Origin: Nitrospirota bacterium
GTDB taxonomy: Bacteria > Nitrospirota > UBA9217
Assembly (NCBI GenBank): GCA_963790205.1
Contig: CAWBNQ010000001.1
Location: 192,001 to 256,000 of the forward strand
Direction of reading: 5' to 3'
Length of the DNA stretch: 64,000 bases
The notes beneath the pieces were generated by a model. It did no database searches, was not told where the DNA came from, and saw only the letters and a list, made by a program, of their open reading frames with translations. Of the stretch, positions 48,529-59,307 are shown piece by piece (positions within the stretch are counted from its first letter, which is position 1; each line of letters starts with the position of its first letter). The position numbers were made by a program, and so were the translations under genes.

Positions 48529-49757
48529 TTGTCCGACCTTGGATGAGGAGCTGGGGAATCGTTGTTCCGGCCTTTCACTTCGACCTTGCTGCCGTCGCGA
48601 AGCCTGTCTGCGCCATCCACGACCACCAGCTCACCGGCAGACAGCCCTGAGGCAATGGATGTATTCCCCTCCTGGGTGATCCCGACCGTCACGGGACGCA
48701 GCGCTGCCGTCTGGTCTTCTTTCACCACATAGACGAAGGTCCCCTGGGGCCCCTGCTGTATGGCAGGCGCCGGCACGATGAGGGCGCCGTGCTTGATTTC
48801 GATGATGAGGCGGGCATTGACGAACTGGTTTGGGAAGAGCTCATGGTTCCTGTTCGCAAATTCGGCCTTGAGCTTGACCGTGCCCGTGTTCGGGTCGATC
48901 TGGTTATCAACTGTAAGCAGAGCGCCGGTGGCGAGTTTCCGCTGCTGATCCCGGTCGTACGCCTCGACCGTCAACCGGGACCCGCTCCTGAGCTTGCCCA
49001 ATATCTGCGAGAGATTGTCTTCAGGCAGGGAAAAAATCACGGTGATCGGCTGCAGCCGGGTGATCACGACCAGACCGCCGGCATCGGTGGCGTGAACGAT
49101 ATTCCCCTGGTCCACTTGACGCAATCCTATACGGCCGCTGGTCGGCGCAGTAATGCGGGAGTAGACCAGCTGCAGCTTGGCACTGTCGATCTGGCCCTGA
49201 TCGGCCTTGACCGCTCCTTCGTATTGGTGCACGAGGGACTCCTGGGTGTCGAGCTGCTGTTTGGCGATCAGATCTTTCTTGACCAGGTCCTTATACCGTT
49301 CCAGGTCGAGCCGGGCGTTTTGCAAAAGCGCCTGATCGCGGGCCAAGGCCCCCTCGGCCTGGGTCAGCTGCACCTGAAACGGCCTTGGATCAATTTCAGC
49401 CAGCAGGTCTCCCTTGTTTACGACCTGGCCTTCCCGGAACAGGATTTTTGTCAGCTCTCCATCAACGCGGCTTTTCACGGAGACGGTTTCAAGCGGCGTG
49501 ACCGCGCCGAGCCCGGAAAGATAAACGCCGAAATCGCCCTTCTTTACGGGAACAGCAACAACCGATACGCTCGGCCCGGCAGGCGCTCCGTGCGGGACTG
49601 CGCGCGATGCCTGCTGACCCCCCTTGGCAAAGAAGACGAACGCACCGATGGCAAGAAGGCAAACAACTACCAGCCCGATCCACCAGCGTCTAAGGAACGC
49701 CGAGAAACGGGTCCGCGCCAGCGTGCTGTTGTTATTGGTTTCCTGTGTAAATGTCAT
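48525..49757 (-). CDS. mdtA: RND periplasmic adaptor, MdtA-like
   Basis: [29 protein letters not shown] and LFPNQFVN motifs. Confidence 0.9.
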   Translation of the reverse strand: MTFTQETNNNSTLARTRFSAFLRRWWIGLVVVCLLAIGAFVFFAKGGQQASRAVPHGAPAGPSVSVVAVPVKKGDFGVYLSGLGAVTPLETVSVKSRVDGELTKILFREGQVVNKGDLLAEIDPRPFQVQLTQAEGALARDQALLQNARLDLERYKDLVKKDLIAKQQLDTQESLVHQYEGAVKADQGQIDSAKLQLVYSRITAPTSGRIGLRQVDQGNIVHATDAGGLVVITRLQPITVIFSLPEDNLSQILGKLRSGSRLTVEAYDRDQQRKLATGALLTVDNQIDPNTGTVKLKAEFANRNHELFPNQFVNARLIIEIKHGALIVPAPAIQQGPQGTFVYVVKEDQTAALRPVTVGITQEGNTSIASGLSAGELVVVDGADRLRDGSKVEVKGRNNDSPAPHPRSDK

Positions 49758-50019
49758 CGTTATGGCCTCTTGAATAAAGGTTTCCGGCCCCTACCCGGCG
49801 CTTTAGAAGCTGGATTGGAGGTCGTTTTTTCCTGGTTTTCCCGGCGGAACTGCTGAGGAGTGAATTGCGAACGGGATGATAGCACCAATCTCGCACCATT
49901 GTCAATGTTGTATTCAATTCCCTTAGTAAGTGGAAGCAGATATCCTTTTGTCAAAGGTATGCAGTGACTCAGTGGCCTATGGCCCCGGTTTTGCCGGTTT
50001 GGGATGAGGCCGCTCTCAC

Positions 50020-51810
50020 TCAATATGCAAAGTAGGGCCCGAGTCCCAGGCCTGATGATGTCCCATCGATCCCAACATATACGCTTCGTCCAAAGTAGAA
50101 CGGAAGCCCCCAGTCGAACAAACCTGGTACAGGCGCACCGATATCAGAGAACACCATGTTGGGGTTGGGCGGACTCGTAAGAGTGTCAAGGTTTCCTATC
50201 TGGAAGAAAACATCTTTGGGTACCAAATTGATACCCTCATTCGTCGCGGAAAGAGTCGTTACGGACGAGGGACAGAACCAGCCCTGACCCTGTGAAGTAC
50301 AGTCTGGAAGCAAGCCTCTTGAGGGGGCGGTGAAAAACAGGCCGTTTGAGCCGCTGTCTATAACACTGTAATAAGGTATGCCATTAAGAACCGTGGTGAT
50401 TTCCCCGTAGTTGATGTCATATATGCTGTTATCGGCGCTGTGCTCTGTAGCCCCGGAAGAAGAGTTGTTCGGCTTTGTGTCGATCCCGAGCACGAGGACG
50501 CCGGAGACCGACGTCGTCCCGGCCGAAGAAACGCTCGGAAGCTCCACGATCACGCCGTTGTTATAGTCCGGGGAGAGCAGCGCCACTGGATTCGAAACCT
50601 GGTCGGGGTCGAAAACCACGGTCCCCACGCAAGAAGATTTGCTGCAGAAGTAATACATCCCGTTGTTTGGATACATTTGGCAGCCTTCTCCGCAGTCCTG
50701 AGCAAAAAGGCCGACCCCGAGTATGCCGTTAAATCCAGCATCTACCGGTTCCGAGCCCGCGTTTTCACATCCTGCGGGTCGGGTCCCGAACGCAGAAGAG
50801 TCGATGACCTGGATCGGGACATTTGGAGCAGTCTCATTCCCGAGGACAACATCCGCATATTCAACAGGTCCCCATAATGAAGAGCCGTCTCCGAACTGGG
50901 CGCACTCGGCAAGCGGGTAAGAGTGAGTACCATAACTGACAAGTTCCTGTGAAGGAGAAGCGTTTTTCAGGACCGACTTGAATATCCGCAGACCGTAGCT
51001 TCCGGTATCCAGGAGGATATCATTGATCGTATCGCAGGTTGAGGTGCCGTGGGTACAGACCGTAACGCTTACGCATGGCTTGTTCAGGTAGTTACTAGAA
51101 GTAACTGCCGAGCAAAGAGCTCCATTTACGGTAATGGGAAGCACGTTGTTCGCAGTAGCAGTGCCGGTCCCCACCGTCAGCAGAGCAGCACCTGGGGCAT
51201 TCCCTGACCTGGCCGCGATCAGTGTCGTGCCTGAGGTGACTATAGAAGAAGTGGCCAAACCGCTACTACTATCGATCGTTGCGACGTCCGGGGCTGTTGA
51301 AGTCCAGGTAACTAATAGGGGGTGCTGTAAGCCGTCCGAGAAGGTCCCCGTGACGGCGGTATACTGTTCGGACGCACCCAAGGAAATACTCGAGAACGCC
51401 GGCTCCACATCAATAGATACGAGCGCCGCCGGGTTCACCGTCAGGATAACAGGAGCTGAGACGATTTTCCCTGACGCAGCCGCGATCGTTGTTGTGCCAG
51501 TGCCTTTTGATGTGGCTAATCCATGCAAGCCTGCTGAATTGCTGATCGTGGCGACTGTCAGGTCCGATGAAGTCCACGTCACCGACGTCGTCAGGTCCTG
51601 TATAGTGCCGTCCGAGTAAGTCCCTGCGGCCCTAAACTGTTCGGCGATCCCGAGTGCGATGCTGGGGCTGGGACCGGGGCTGGAACTCGACGGGGTCACC
51701 GCAATGGATACAAGCGTCGGAGGGATAATCACTCCTCCTCCACCCGAACCGCCACAACCTGCAAGAAGCGAAAGGACCAGGATAAGAAGCGCTATTTTAT
51801 TTGATTTCAT
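50020..51810 (-). CDS. Lipoprotein with two Ig-like (Big_2) repeats and a DUF3443 domain
   Basis: Lipobox LLAGC; two LVSI.V.P...VTWTS repeats; LLDTGSYGLRI, IDSGSNG and FDWGLPFYFGR motifs. Confidence 0.8.
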   Translation of the reverse strand: MKSNKIALLILVLSLLAGCGGSGGGGVIIPPTLVSIAVTPSSSSPGPSPSIALGIAEQFRAAGTYSDGTIQDLTTSVTWTSSDLTVATISNSAGLHGLATSKGTGTTTIAAASGKIVSAPVILTVNPAALVSIDVEPAFSSISLGASEQYTAVTGTFSDGLQHPLLVTWTSTAPDVATIDSSSGLATSSIVTSGTTLIAARSGNAPGAALLTVGTGTATANNVLPITVNGALCSAVTSSNYLNKPCVSVTVCTHGTSTCDTINDILLDTGSYGLRIFKSVLKNASPSQELVSYGTHSYPLAECAQFGDGSSLWGPVEYADVVLGNETAPNVPIQVIDSSAFGTRPAGCENAGSEPVDAGFNGILGVGLFAQDCGEGCQMYPNNGMYYFCSKSSCVGTVVFDPDQVSNPVALLSPDYNNGVIVELPSVSSAGTTSVSGVLVLGIDTKPNNSSSGATEHSADNSIYDINYGEITTVLNGIPYYSVIDSGSNGLFFTAPSRGLLPDCTSQGQGWFCPSSVTTLSATNEGINLVPKDVFFQIGNLDTLTSPPNPNMVFSDIGAPVPGLFDWGLPFYFGRSVYVGIDGTSSGLGLGPYFAY

Positions 51811-52267
51811 CGATGTTCACTCCCGACGGCACCAGGGCGGGCGCGTAGGCCCGGCCCTGCAGGTTCCGCATATGCCCCCATTTTTCCACAACAACACTGT
51901 TCGTCTTCACCTGAAGACTCCTGCGGCCCGGCTGGCGCGGCGTTTGCCGCAGGGCCTCCCGGTATTCCGCGGCATAGGAGCCCAGAAGCGGCGTAAGATC
52001 AGGGTGGACCAGGCCGTTCCAGGCAATGCCGAATACGACGCCGTTCGGCGATATGTATTCCCGGACCGTTGCAGCACCAGACCCGATTGTTTGGATCGTG
52101 TAGCCAGGAAGGACCGTTGTGGCGCCCCGCACTGCCGAGAGTGCCTTTTGGTCCGACATGACCGAATCGGCGGACTCACCGAGCGCGGCATGGGCCGCGT
52201 GTGCAGCCGCAAGAACGGCCGCCGAAATGCCAAGACCGATAAACAGGGCATAGAATCTTCTTTTCAT
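51797..52267 (-). CDS. DUF2844-family secreted protein
   Basis: Signal peptide ending AHA; VREY...G.VFGIAW.G...PDL..LLG.Y and GHMR...GRAY.P motifs; overlaps the DUF3443 gene. Confidence 0.8.
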   Translation of the reverse strand: MKRRFYALFIGLGISAAVLAAAHAAHAALGESADSVMSDQKALSAVRGATTVLPGYTIQTIGSGAATVREYISPNGVVFGIAWNGLVHPDLTPLLGSYAAEYREALRQTPRQPGRRSLQVKTNSVVVEKWGHMRNLQGRAYAPALVPSGVNIDEIK

Positions 52268-52532
52268 GGTCGCCGGAACCTCCTCTGCTGTTTGTAACTG
52301 CTCAGGCAGCATAGTAACTCAAAACCGGCTTAACTTCTACGGTTATGGATTGAAATATTTTCCACGGCGATTGTTTGCATCCCGGTCGCCAGATGTTAAG
52401 TCGGAGGATAAATTACGACGGCGCTCCCCAAACCAGCCAGCAGTATAATGGCGGTGATGAATTTAAGGCGCGCTTGCATATTGGTGATTTTCCCTGTCAT
52501 GATTATTGTACGCCCATTTTTTTCTCTCTGTG

Positions 52533-52800
52533 CTATTGAGCCGAAGGAGCGCTTTTTCTTAATAAAATTCCACACAGTTTCTCGGCGCACTCCGGGCATA
52601 TCCCTTGTGAACGCAGTAAATCCGATCCGCTATTAATAATATGTTCTATGTTAACCCAGACATCCTCTACTTTAACTTGCTTACACGAGGCGCAGATCAG
52701 GAGAAATCACTCCAAATATTTAATCCTTCTGGTCAATTTCCATGTCAAATAATAGTGATGCCGCCAAATAATAGTATGAATACCGTCGTATTCTTCATGC
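52533..52800 (-). pseudogene. Degraded gene for a membrane protein with a C-terminal ICxxC...GICPEC zinc-binding domain
   Basis: Manual translation RIKYLE*FLLICASCKQVK...W..IE.....SQGICPECAEK with an in-frame TGA at 52707-52709. Confidence 0.6.
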
Positions 52801-52896
52801 GTATGACCATACATTATACGGCCTTTTGGAGACTTCCACGAATAGTCATACTGTATTCAGTCTACCATTTTTTGTTCGTTCAATGCTCTCTGTACA

Positions 52897-53370
52897 CTAC
52901 CTGCTTCCATGTTGTTTATTGCCGGCCCAAAGAGGCGCGCCGTTGTCATCCCGAAGCTGAAGCACTTCGTCGCCCTTTCTCACCTCGCCGGCGAGAAATA
53001 TAATTTGTCCGTCGAGCGCGGTCTTGACGCCCTTAATCTCCACCTTGTCGCCCGCCACGATCCTGACATTCTGCAGATCTACATAAATATGAGGACCGAG
53101 ATACACGAGAAGGTTCTGGCCGTTTGCATTCAGATCCAAGCCGACGCCAGACGTCTTTCCGCTTCTCGTTTCAATGTTTTTAACTGCGGCAACTTCACCG
53201 TTCACGATCTCCACCTGAGAGAGATCATACTTCGGCTGCCCATCGCTCTTCATCCCTCCCCTTCCTCCCATGCGTCCGAACCCCTGCTGTCCATACACGG
53301 TAAACGTTACCAGAGCGAAGAGAGCCAAAAAAGAAAGCACCATGAGCGCATATACTTTGAATTGTTTCAT
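52897..53370 (-). CDS. Secreted OB-fold-like hypothetical protein
   Basis: Signal peptide; VYLGP...GDKVEIKG...LRDDNGAPLW motif. Confidence 0.6.
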   Translation of the reverse strand: MKQFKVYALMVLSFLALFALVTFTVYGQQGFGRMGGRGGMKSDGQPKYDLSQVEIVNGEVAAVKNIETRSGKTSGVGLDLNANGQNLLVYLGPHIYVDLQNVRIVAGDKVEIKGVKTALDGQIIFLAGEVRKGDEVLQLRDDNGAPLWAGNKQHGSR

Positions 53371-53488
53371 GCCCGTTCCTCCCTATCTATTGAAGACGAG
53401 CGAGCCTTGAGGCAAGCTTTTGTTTTATTCGCCCGTCCGTTATTTCCCTGCAAATTTTTCGATAGAATAATACCACCGTTAAAAAAAA

Positions 53489-54733
53489 TTACTCAAACCG
53501 CAGGGCATCGATCGGATTCAAAAGCGACGCTTTATATGCCGGATAGAAACCGAAGAATATCCCTATGAATCCGGAAAAGCCGAACGCCAGCAGGATGGAA
53601 AGGATCGACACGACCGTGGGCCAGCCCGAGATGGATGAGAGAACCACGGCTGTGGACACGCCTATGATGATCCCGATGACGCCCCCGATCAGGGACAGCG
53701 TGAGCGCCTCGACGATGAACTGGATGCGAATATCCATCGTCTTTGCCCCGACCGCCATCCTGATGCCGATCTCGCGGGTTCGCTCGGTCACCGACACGAG
53801 CATGATGTTCATGATGCCGATGCCGCCGACGAGGAGCGAAACCGACGCGATGGCCCCCAACAGCAAGGTCATAACCTGCGTTGACTGTTCCCGGGCCTGC
53901 ATGATCTGGGTAAGGTTCCGCACAGTGAAATCACTGTCTTGCTTCTGGCCGATATGGTGTCGCTGCCTGAGCAGCTCGGTCATCTGTGTTTCGGCCGTGG
54001 ACAGGTCTTCAGCGCTCCTCGCCTTGACCATGATGGTCCTCACCATGCCGGGGAACTGGGTGCCGAAAAGCTTCTTCTGAGACGTGGTCACCGGGACATA
54101 GATAACGTCATCCTGGTCCTGGCCTTGCGTCGATTGGCCCTTGACGGACAGCACGCCCATCACGGTAAAAGGAACATTCTTGATCCTGATCGCCTGGCCT
54201 ATGGGGTTTTGGTCCCCGAAAAGGCTGTCCACCACGGTCTGGCCGAGCAGACACACCTTTGTTGCGCTCTTCACGTCCTGTTGGGTAAAAGGGCGGCCGG
54301 ACGCCAAAGGCCAGTCCCGTACTATCAGCATGCCCGGCGTTGTCCCGGTCACGGTGGTCGACCAGTTTAAATGTCCGAACACAACCTGTGCAACGCCTCC
54401 CAGGACGGGAGCGACCTCTTCTACCGCGGAGCATTCCTTCAGAATGGCCTCGGAGTCCCCCAAGGAGAGCGTGGGCTGCGAGCCCGCGCCCATCCGCACC
54501 CCGCCGGAAGACGTGGATCCGGGCATGACAATGAGGAGGTTGCTTCCCATGCTTGCTATTTGCTCGGCGATCTGCCGGCTTGCGCCGCTGCCAACGGCGA
54601 CCATGGCGATCACGGCGCCCACGCCGATGATGATGCCGAGCATGGTGAGGGAGGAACGCATCTTATTCACCCAGAGCGCCCGGAACGATATTTTTATGGT
54701 GGAAGGTATGTTGATCATGCCGGCAAATTTCAA
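53489..54733 (-). CDS. MacB-type ABC transporter permease
   Basis: RSSLTMLGIIIGV, GGIGIMNIMLVSVTERTREIGIRMAVGA and PIDALRFE motifs. Confidence 0.92.
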   Translation of the reverse strand: MKFAGMINIPSTIKISFRALWVNKMRSSLTMLGIIIGVGAVIAMVAVGSGASRQIAEQIASMGSNLLIVMPGSTSSGGVRMGAGSQPTLSLGDSEAILKECSAVEEVAPVLGGVAQVVFGHLNWSTTVTGTTPGMLIVRDWPLASGRPFTQQDVKSATKVCLLGQTVVDSLFGDQNPIGQAIRIKNVPFTVMGVLSVKGQSTQGQDQDDVIYVPVTTSQKKLFGTQFPGMVRTIMVKARSAEDLSTAETQMTELLRQRHHIGQKQDSDFTVRNLTQIMQAREQSTQVMTLLLGAIASVSLLVGGIGIMNIMLVSVTERTREIGIRMAVGAKTMDIRIQFIVEALTLSLIGGVIGIIIGVSTAVVLSSISGWPTVVSILSILLAFGFSGFIGIFFGFYPAYKASLLNPIDALRFE

Positions 54734-55446
54734 CTTTTTATGAATTGATCGATATTTTTGTCTTCTCTGGCCGCATCGCTCACGATGCGGCCGTCGAGGA
54801 ATTTTATGATCCGCTTGCTGTACGTCGCGATATCCGGCTCATGGGTCACGAGGATGACCGTAATGCCCGATTCACGGTTCAGTTTCACAAAGAGCTCCAT
54901 GATCTCGACACTCGTTTTCGTGTCGAGGTTGCCCGTGGGCTCGTCCGCCAGGATGATGGGGGCCTCGTTCACGAGCGCCCTGGCGATGGCGACCCGCTGC
55001 TGCTGCCCTCCCGAAAGCTGGTTCGGATGATGGTCTTCCCTGCCCTCGAGCCCGACGCTCTTGAGCGCCGCCAGCGCCCGTTCGCGACGTTCCCGCGCCG
55101 CATGGCCGTCATACAGCATGGGAAGTTCCACGTTCTCAATGGCGGAAGTCCTTGAAAGAAGATTGAACCCCTGGAACACGAAGCCGATCTTTTTATTCCG
55201 TATCTCGGCAAGTTCGTCGCGGGAAAGCCTGCCCACATCAACTCCTTCAAGAAGATGCACGCCTCCCGTCGGCTGGTCGAGACAGCCCAGAATATTCATG
55301 AACGTGGACTTGCCCGAGCCCGACGGCCCCATGATGGCAACGAATTCACCTTTCTCGATGGTCGTGGATACGGATTTCAACACTTCCAGGTCGATATCGC
55401 CGAGATGATAGACTTTGGCGATGTCCCGTGCCTCGATAAGCGCCAT
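54730..55446 (-). CDS. MacB/LolD-type ABC ATP-binding protein
   Basis: GPSGSGKST, LSGGQQQRVAIARAL and ADEPTGNLD motifs. Confidence 0.95.
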   Translation of the reverse strand: MALIEARDIAKVYHLGDIDLEVLKSVSTTIEKGEFVAIMGPSGSGKSTFMNILGCLDQPTGGVHLLEGVDVGRLSRDELAEIRNKKIGFVFQGFNLLSRTSAIENVELPMLYDGHAARERRERALAALKSVGLEGREDHHPNQLSGGQQQRVAIARALVNEAPIILADEPTGNLDTKTSVEIMELFVKLNRESGITVILVTHEPDIATYSKRIIKFLDGRIVSDAAREDKNIDQFIKS

Positions 55447-55447
55447 G

Positions 55448-56611
55448 TTAGAACATCCTCGGAGAGGTCGCGGGCCCTTTGCCTTTTCGCAGAGCTTCTA
55501 CGATCACCGGCTGTCCTTCTTTCAGATCACCTGATACGACCTCAGTATAGTTTCCGTCGCTGATTCCCGGCGTGATGCCGACGCGTTTCGGCTTGTTGGT
55601 TTCGAGGACCCAGACGGACGGCCCCTTTTTCTCGCCCGCAGAACCCGCGCCGGCTGGCTTGTCGGAGAAGCGGAACCGGAGCGCCGCATTCGTGATCCTG
55701 AGCACGTCATGCCTCGTCTGTATGACGATGGATGCATTGGCGGTCATGCCCGGCATGAGTTTTAAATCCCGATTGTTTACCTGGATCACGACGTCGTAGG
55801 TGACAACGTTCTGCACGATTATGGGGGCCTGCCTGATCTGCCAGACTTTTCCCTTGAACGTGGTATCGGGATAGGCGTCAACGGTGAAATCCACCTCCTG
55901 CCCGAGCTTCACCACGCCGATGTCCGACTCGGCCACGTTCGTGTCGATCTGCATCTTGGTAAGGTCCTGGGCGATCGTAAAGAGCGTCGGGGTCTGGAAG
56001 CTCGCGGCCACGGTCTGGCCCACGTCAACATTCCGGGAGATCACGACACCATCGACCGGAGAGACGATCCTCGTGTAGGCAAGGTTCTGCCTGGCGTAAT
56101 CGAGCGAAGCCTTTGCCTGCTCGATCAGCGCCTTGGCCGAGGCCACCTGGGCCTTGTCGGACTGGTAGTTCGTCTCCGCCGTGTCCAGGTCGCTCTGGGC
56201 AATGAGATTTTTTGACAACAGTTCCTTGTTCCGGTCAAAGGTCTTTTTATCGTTCGCGAGCGCAGTCTGCGCCTTTTCAAGGTTTGCCTGGGCCGAGAGC
56301 AGATTCGCCTGCGCCTGCTGCACCTGGGACTCGAAGGTCGAGGGGTCGATCTGGGCGATGAGCTTCCCCTTTTTCACGCGGGAATTAAAATCCACATAGA
56401 GAGTTTTGATCGTCCCCGAGACCTGCGTGCCGACCTGGACCGTCGTCACCGCGTTGACCGTGCCCGTCGCCGTCACCGCCTGCTGGATATCGCCGCGCGT
56501 GACCGGGTCGGTCCTGAATTGAGGACTATTTCCCTTTCGCCCGAATGCGATGACGGCGACAGCAACAATAACCAGAACGATTGTTGAGCCGATTAATATT
56601 TTTTTCCTCAT
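55448..56611 (-). CDS. MacA-like periplasmic adaptor
   Basis: VGTQVSGTI, SPVDGVV, GQTVAASFQTPTLF and PGMTAN motifs. Confidence 0.9.
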   Translation of the reverse strand: MRKKILIGSTIVLVIVAVAVIAFGRKGNSPQFRTDPVTRGDIQQAVTATGTVNAVTTVQVGTQVSGTIKTLYVDFNSRVKKGKLIAQIDPSTFESQVQQAQANLLSAQANLEKAQTALANDKKTFDRNKELLSKNLIAQSDLDTAETNYQSDKAQVASAKALIEQAKASLDYARQNLAYTRIVSPVDGVVISRNVDVGQTVAASFQTPTLFTIAQDLTKMQIDTNVAESDIGVVKLGQEVDFTVDAYPDTTFKGKVWQIRQAPIIVQNVVTYDVVIQVNNRDLKLMPGMTANASIVIQTRHDVLRITNAALRFRFSDKPAGAGSAGEKKGPSVWVLETNKPKRVGITPGISDGNYTEVVSGDLKEGQPVIVEALRKGKGPATSPRMF

Positions 56612-56624
56612 TTGCTCCCCTTCA

Positions 56625-58007
56625 TCAGCGTACCCCCATGGCTTTCTCTATACTGGCCTGGGCGGTCTTGTAATTAGCCAAAGCGTTCGTATAGTTCGCC
56701 TGTGTAGTAACGTACGTGGCGAACGCATCGGAAACCTCGATGGGGCTTCCCACTCCGGCCGCATATCTGCCGTTCGCGAGGTCCAGGTTCTCCTTGGACT
56801 GCCTGGACGCGAGCTCGGCGGTCGTTATGCTGGCTTCCGCCGCCTGCAGGTTCAGGTACGCCTGGCGCACATCGAGCAGTATCTGCTGCCGCAACGCCTC
56901 TTCATTCGCCTTCAGCGCATAAAGGTTGGACTTGGCTTCCGCCACCTGATGACTGGTCAAAAATCCATTGAATAGAGGAAAGGTAATCGCCAGACCCACG
57001 TCCCAGCTGTTATCATTGTACGTAGTGGGCTGGATATCCACTCCCGACTTGGTGTAACTGGCGCTTCCCGTTAAGACCGGATAATAGCCTGTTCTTTGCA
57101 AACTGACATTCGCCTCGGCAGCCTGTCTTTTGGCGACGGCCGACTTGAGATCAGGCCTGTTCTCAAAGGCCTTCGTTGTCGCTTCTTCCAGGGTTATCGG
57201 ATATTTCTGGAAGGAAAGATTGTCCTCTATCGTGTACTCAGGCGCGTCCGGGACCCCCATGGCATTACTCAGGGTCACCCACGCTATTTTGAGCGCATTC
57301 TCGGCGTTAATGAGGCTGAGTTGCGCGTTGCTCAGATTAACTTCCGCATTGATAACATCGATCTTCGCATTCGTGCCGACCGCATAAAAACCTTCTGCCT
57401 GGTCCAGGTGGAGTTGCATCTGTTTTATGACGTCCAAATCCACGTCACGGTTCCGCTTGGCCTGCAGCACCCCGTAATACGCCTGTTTGACGCTCAAAAT
57501 GATCGCATCCTGGGAGGTATTAAGGTCTGAACGAGAAGACTCAAGATTGTATTTTGCGACATCAACCGATGACGAGGTCTTGCCGAAATCCAGGATGGTC
57601 TGGTTGAGCGCTGCGGTGCCGGAATACTCATTGACCGGCGCAGTTCCGGCGAGAGAGCTGCTCGACGTTAACGCCGAGGATTTGGTCCTGTCATAAGCAC
57701 CCGTAGCGCTTATCTGCGGGTAATAGTTCGACCGGGCTTCACCGACCCTGCTCCTATTGACGTCAACACCGTACATCGCGGCAACGATGGTCGGGTTTTT
57801 CCTGAGCGCGATCTCGATACAGCGGCTCAACGTCAGCGCCTCATCCTTGGTGATCATGCCTTCGCCCGAACGATCGCTCTTTTCCGGCTGCTTGGGCGCA
57901 GATTTGTATTGATCCGCAGGCACCGGCTCTTCCGCCAGCAGATGTAACGGTGCGACCGTAAAAGTCAGGAGGCATACCAAAACTGACGCTCTTCTCCATT
58001 TTTTCAA
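56625..58007 (-). CDS. TolC-family outer-membrane channel
   Basis: Signal peptide; two OEP repeats (YYPQIS/YYPVLT); RY.AGVG...EV.DA motif. Confidence 0.9.
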   Translation of the reverse strand: MKKWRRASVLVCLLTFTVAPLHLLAEEPVPADQYKSAPKQPEKSDRSGEGMITKDEALTLSRCIEIALRKNPTIVAAMYGVDVNRSRVGEARSNYYPQISATGAYDRTKSSALTSSSSLAGTAPVNEYSGTAALNQTILDFGKTSSSVDVAKYNLESSRSDLNTSQDAIILSVKQAYYGVLQAKRNRDVDLDVIKQMQLHLDQAEGFYAVGTNAKIDVINAEVNLSNAQLSLINAENALKIAWVTLSNAMGVPDAPEYTIEDNLSFQKYPITLEEATTKAFENRPDLKSAVAKRQAAEANVSLQRTGYYPVLTGSASYTKSGVDIQPTTYNDNSWDVGLAITFPLFNGFLTSHQVAEAKSNLYALKANEEALRQQILLDVRQAYLNLQAAEASITTAELASRQSKENLDLANGRYAAGVGSPIEVSDAFATYVTTQANYTNALANYKTAQASIEKAMGVR

Positions 58008-58101
58008 TCTATCACTCTCCTGAAGGAAACCGTTCCTGAGGCCGCAAAATGCGGTGTTTGACTTTCACACGTAAAACCGAACGCGATATTTTATAACGCA
58101 G

Positions 58102-58458
58102 TCAAATTTGCACTCGATTCTTTAGAAGCGGAATCATTTTTTGAACCAATTGGCGTCTGCTGAGAAAGGCGTCTGCGCCTGCCCTCAAAAATGCCTGCTC
58201 TTTCGGCCCGATGCTGAAGCCGAGAATAAATGCATCAGGACACAGAGGACGAAGCCGCCTGGTTAACTCTTCACCACTCATCGCCTGTATTCGAGAACCT
58301 ATCAGGAGTATTTCGAAGTGCTTTTTGCCTATCAGATCGAGAGCAGCTCCACCACTCTCGCACGCACTGACGATGAATCCTTCAAATTCTAAAAACATTT
58401 GGAGGCTGCTTCTTGTTGTTTTGTCATCGTCTATAACAAGCACTGCCTCGTTGCCCAC
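58102..58458 (-). CDS. Single-domain response-regulator receiver, atypical
   Basis: VLVIDDD and GADAFL present; phospho-acceptor position reads G (ILLIGSR). Confidence 0.7.
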   Translation of the reverse strand: MGNEAVLVIDDDKTTRSSLQMFLEFEGFIVSACESGGAALDLIGKKHFEILLIGSRIQAMSGEELTRRLRPLCPDAFILGFSIGPKEQAFLRAGADAFLSRRQLVQKMIPLLKNRVQI

Positions 58459-58509
58459 CCGTGCCCCCTCTGGTTTGCTGGAACACCTCTTTATTTTATC
58501 GCCTCTTCC

Positions 58510-59037
58510 TTACTTATCCATTAGAGCGACGATTCTGTCAGTTATGTCAAGATCTTCGTCAGCGTACGCTACCGATTGGATTTCAACGTTCGAGATGTTG
58601 ATCGTTTTGTTGAGAATGAGGGACAGCTTCTCTTGCTTCGCAATGTCCTTGAGCACGGCAAGAACACGCAGGTTGAAATCGTTCGACAGTTCTTCATTCT
58701 TTTTGCTGACTTCATCGCCGAACTCAGAGCGTATCTTTTCAAATTCGGCGATTTTGTGGCTCAGCGCCTCCTTTGTTTCCGCCTGTGCCGGGTCGCTCAG
58801 CTTTGCCAGTTTCTGTGTCTTATAATCTTCCTGGAGCTTCTGAATCTCGTCAGCGTCCGCATCCAGTATCTTTTTGCGGCTTTCGTAATATCCGCGCTCG
58901 ATTCCCTGATATTTCTTGCCGAGGATGGTTTTATTAAAGACCGTTTGAATATCAAAATAGGCGATCTTGCCGCCCGACGCGTGTGCGCTTACCGCGATCA
59001 GAAATACTGCCGCAACAATCAACAACGTTTTCTTCAT
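58510..59037 (-). CDS. skp: OmpH/Skp periplasmic chaperone
   Basis: Signal peptide; KIAYFD, coiled coil, and YAD..LDITD C-terminus. Confidence 0.8.
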   Translation of the reverse strand: MKKTLLIVAAVFLIAVSAHASGGKIAYFDIQTVFNKTILGKKYQGIERGYYESRKKILDADADEIQKLQEDYKTQKLAKLSDPAQAETKEALSHKIAEFEKIRSEFGDEVSKKNEELSNDFNLRVLAVLKDIAKQEKLSLILNKTINISNVEIQSVAYADEDLDITDRIVALMDK

Positions 59038-59236
59038 TAAAGTCTCCTCATTTATCTGGCTCGTTCGCCTTTTAATATTTATTTTTTCCGGTCCGGTTGT
59101 CGCCATTCCGGGCCTTGAGCATGTTATACGCCACTATAAGAAAAGCAACCAGAAGAACAGCGTATTCAAGGGAAAAGATATTCATCGCGATCACCTTCCT
59201 TTTACTCGTATCACAAACCCTTCTCTAGCCATTTTT

Positions 59237-59270
59237 AAAAAAGGGGGTGCCGACGCAATGTCGACACCCC
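59237..59270 (-). terminator. Intrinsic terminator after the spy/cpxP-like gene
   Basis: Minus strand ggggtgtcgac-attgc-gtcggcacccc followed by a T-run. Confidence 0.7.
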
Positions 59271-59307
59271 AAATGTGCACAGAGCACGATTCAATCCCTT
59301 GGGGGTG

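Noticed and set aside
43056..49856. Long plus-strand ORFs opposite mdtABC (and similar ones opposite trpB2, prfC and the MFS gene)
   Set aside because: Antisense shadows of GC-rich coding genes with no recognisable motifs
52707..52709. Selenocysteine TGA in the ICxxC/CPEC pseudogene
   Set aside because: The TGA falls where this motif usually has Gly (LEGFL), not Cys, and the upstream part is also frameshifted
52897..53370. Magnetosome gene (MamS/MamX-like similarity)
   Set aside because: Only a generic OB-fold-like motif; no other mam genes or CxxCH magnetochrome motifs
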